Positions 44,706 through 45,013 of a stretch of 45,013 bases of DNA are shown one piece after another. A program made the translations under genes and the position numbers. This stretch comes from Dhillonvirus LM40P1, in the sequence record OZ035811.1; one strand, given 5' to 3'. Each line of letters starts with the position of its first letter. Position 1 is the first letter of the stretch. A model generated the notes under the pieces. That model was not told the DNA's origin. It worked only from the letters and a program-made list of their open reading frames with translations, and searched no databases.

Positions 44706-44914
44706 TCAGACAAGTATTCATGAGCACGCAGGCCGCACGCCTGGCTGAATTACGCAAACAACTGGAAGGACTGCGCCGATTCGAGCGCACAGCGGCAGCG
44801 GTAGGCATGAGTATGTCGGAACGGATCGAGATACTCACTCAAATTCGCCACACAGAGGGCGCAATCGAGGCAGTTAAGGCTATGCTAACCCGATACTACG
44901 GTCGACCCGTTTAA
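44702..44914 (+). CDS. hypothetical protein
   Basis: ATGA overlap with upstream gene, GGAGATG SD; 70 aa. Confidence 0.4.
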   Translation: MIRQVFMSTQAARLAELRKQLEGLRRFERTAAAVGMSMSERIEILTQIRHTEGAIEAVKAMLTRYYGRPV

Positions 44915-44925
44915 TCTCACCACAG

Positions 44926-44947
44926 GCCCGCTTACGCGGGCTTTTTT
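44926..44947 (+). terminator. rho-independent terminator
   Basis: GCCCGC ttac GCGGGC hairpin followed by TTTTTT. Confidence 0.6.
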
Positions 44948-44973
44948 GTGTCTGCAATTCTCCCTGATATAAT
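44946..44973 (+). promoter_or_regulatory. extended -10 promoter (TGATATAAT) reading off the window end
   Basis: TGnTATAAT at 44965-44973; would drive the terminase genes if the genome is circularly permuted. Confidence 0.4.
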
Positions 44974-45013
44974 CGTGACAGGTGGTTGGGCCACCTCCTA
45001 TGTTGCCGATGGT

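Noticed and set aside
1-45013. tRNA genes or an integrase/attachment site
   Set aside because: No region showed tRNA-like stems with a conserved T-loop motif by eye, and no ORF carries integrase or recombinase motifs. A dedicated tRNA search was not possible.

Overview
The window looks like a near-complete ~45 kb genome of a virulent tailed phage (siphovirus-type) of an enterobacterial host; no homology search was run, so every product call rests on motifs read from the translations and on gene order. Layout: 30-25167 is a rightward late block (terminase, portal, Rz/Rz1 spanins, scaffold, capsid, tail chaperone with -1 frameshift, tape measure, lambda-like M/L/K/I/J tail tip, two fibers), interrupted by two leftward inserts (5034-5795 and 20725-21917). 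25195-37009 is a leftward early/replication block (family A DNA polymerase, SNF2 helicase, VRR-NUC, PD-(D/E)XK nuclease, SSB-like protein, Dam, a mini C5-methyltransferase-like protein, HNH-like protein). 37263-44914 is a rightward block (HTH protein, primase-helicase, small genes, holin/endolysin, HTH-metallophosphoesterase). No integrase, repressor, tRNA or CRISPR array was seen. Best candidates for something undescribed: (1) a duplicated ~170 bp non-coding module (11600-11772 and 39959-40131) of CGGGACAA iterons at 11 bp spacing, a GGGACGTCCCGCC palindrome and a conserved hairpin; (2) a family of near-identical leftward promoters built on ATTGGTTGCA repeats, plus a triple GCATTGGTTGCC array, suggesting one regulator controls all early units; (3) an early DNA-modification/anti-restriction cluster (SNF2 helicase translationally coupled to a mini C5-MTase-like protein, HNH-like protein, Dam); (4) an antisense gene of unknown function (5034-5795) inside the structural block under an early-type promoter; (5) a divergent lipoprotein plus beta-rich protein operon between tail tip and fiber genes.
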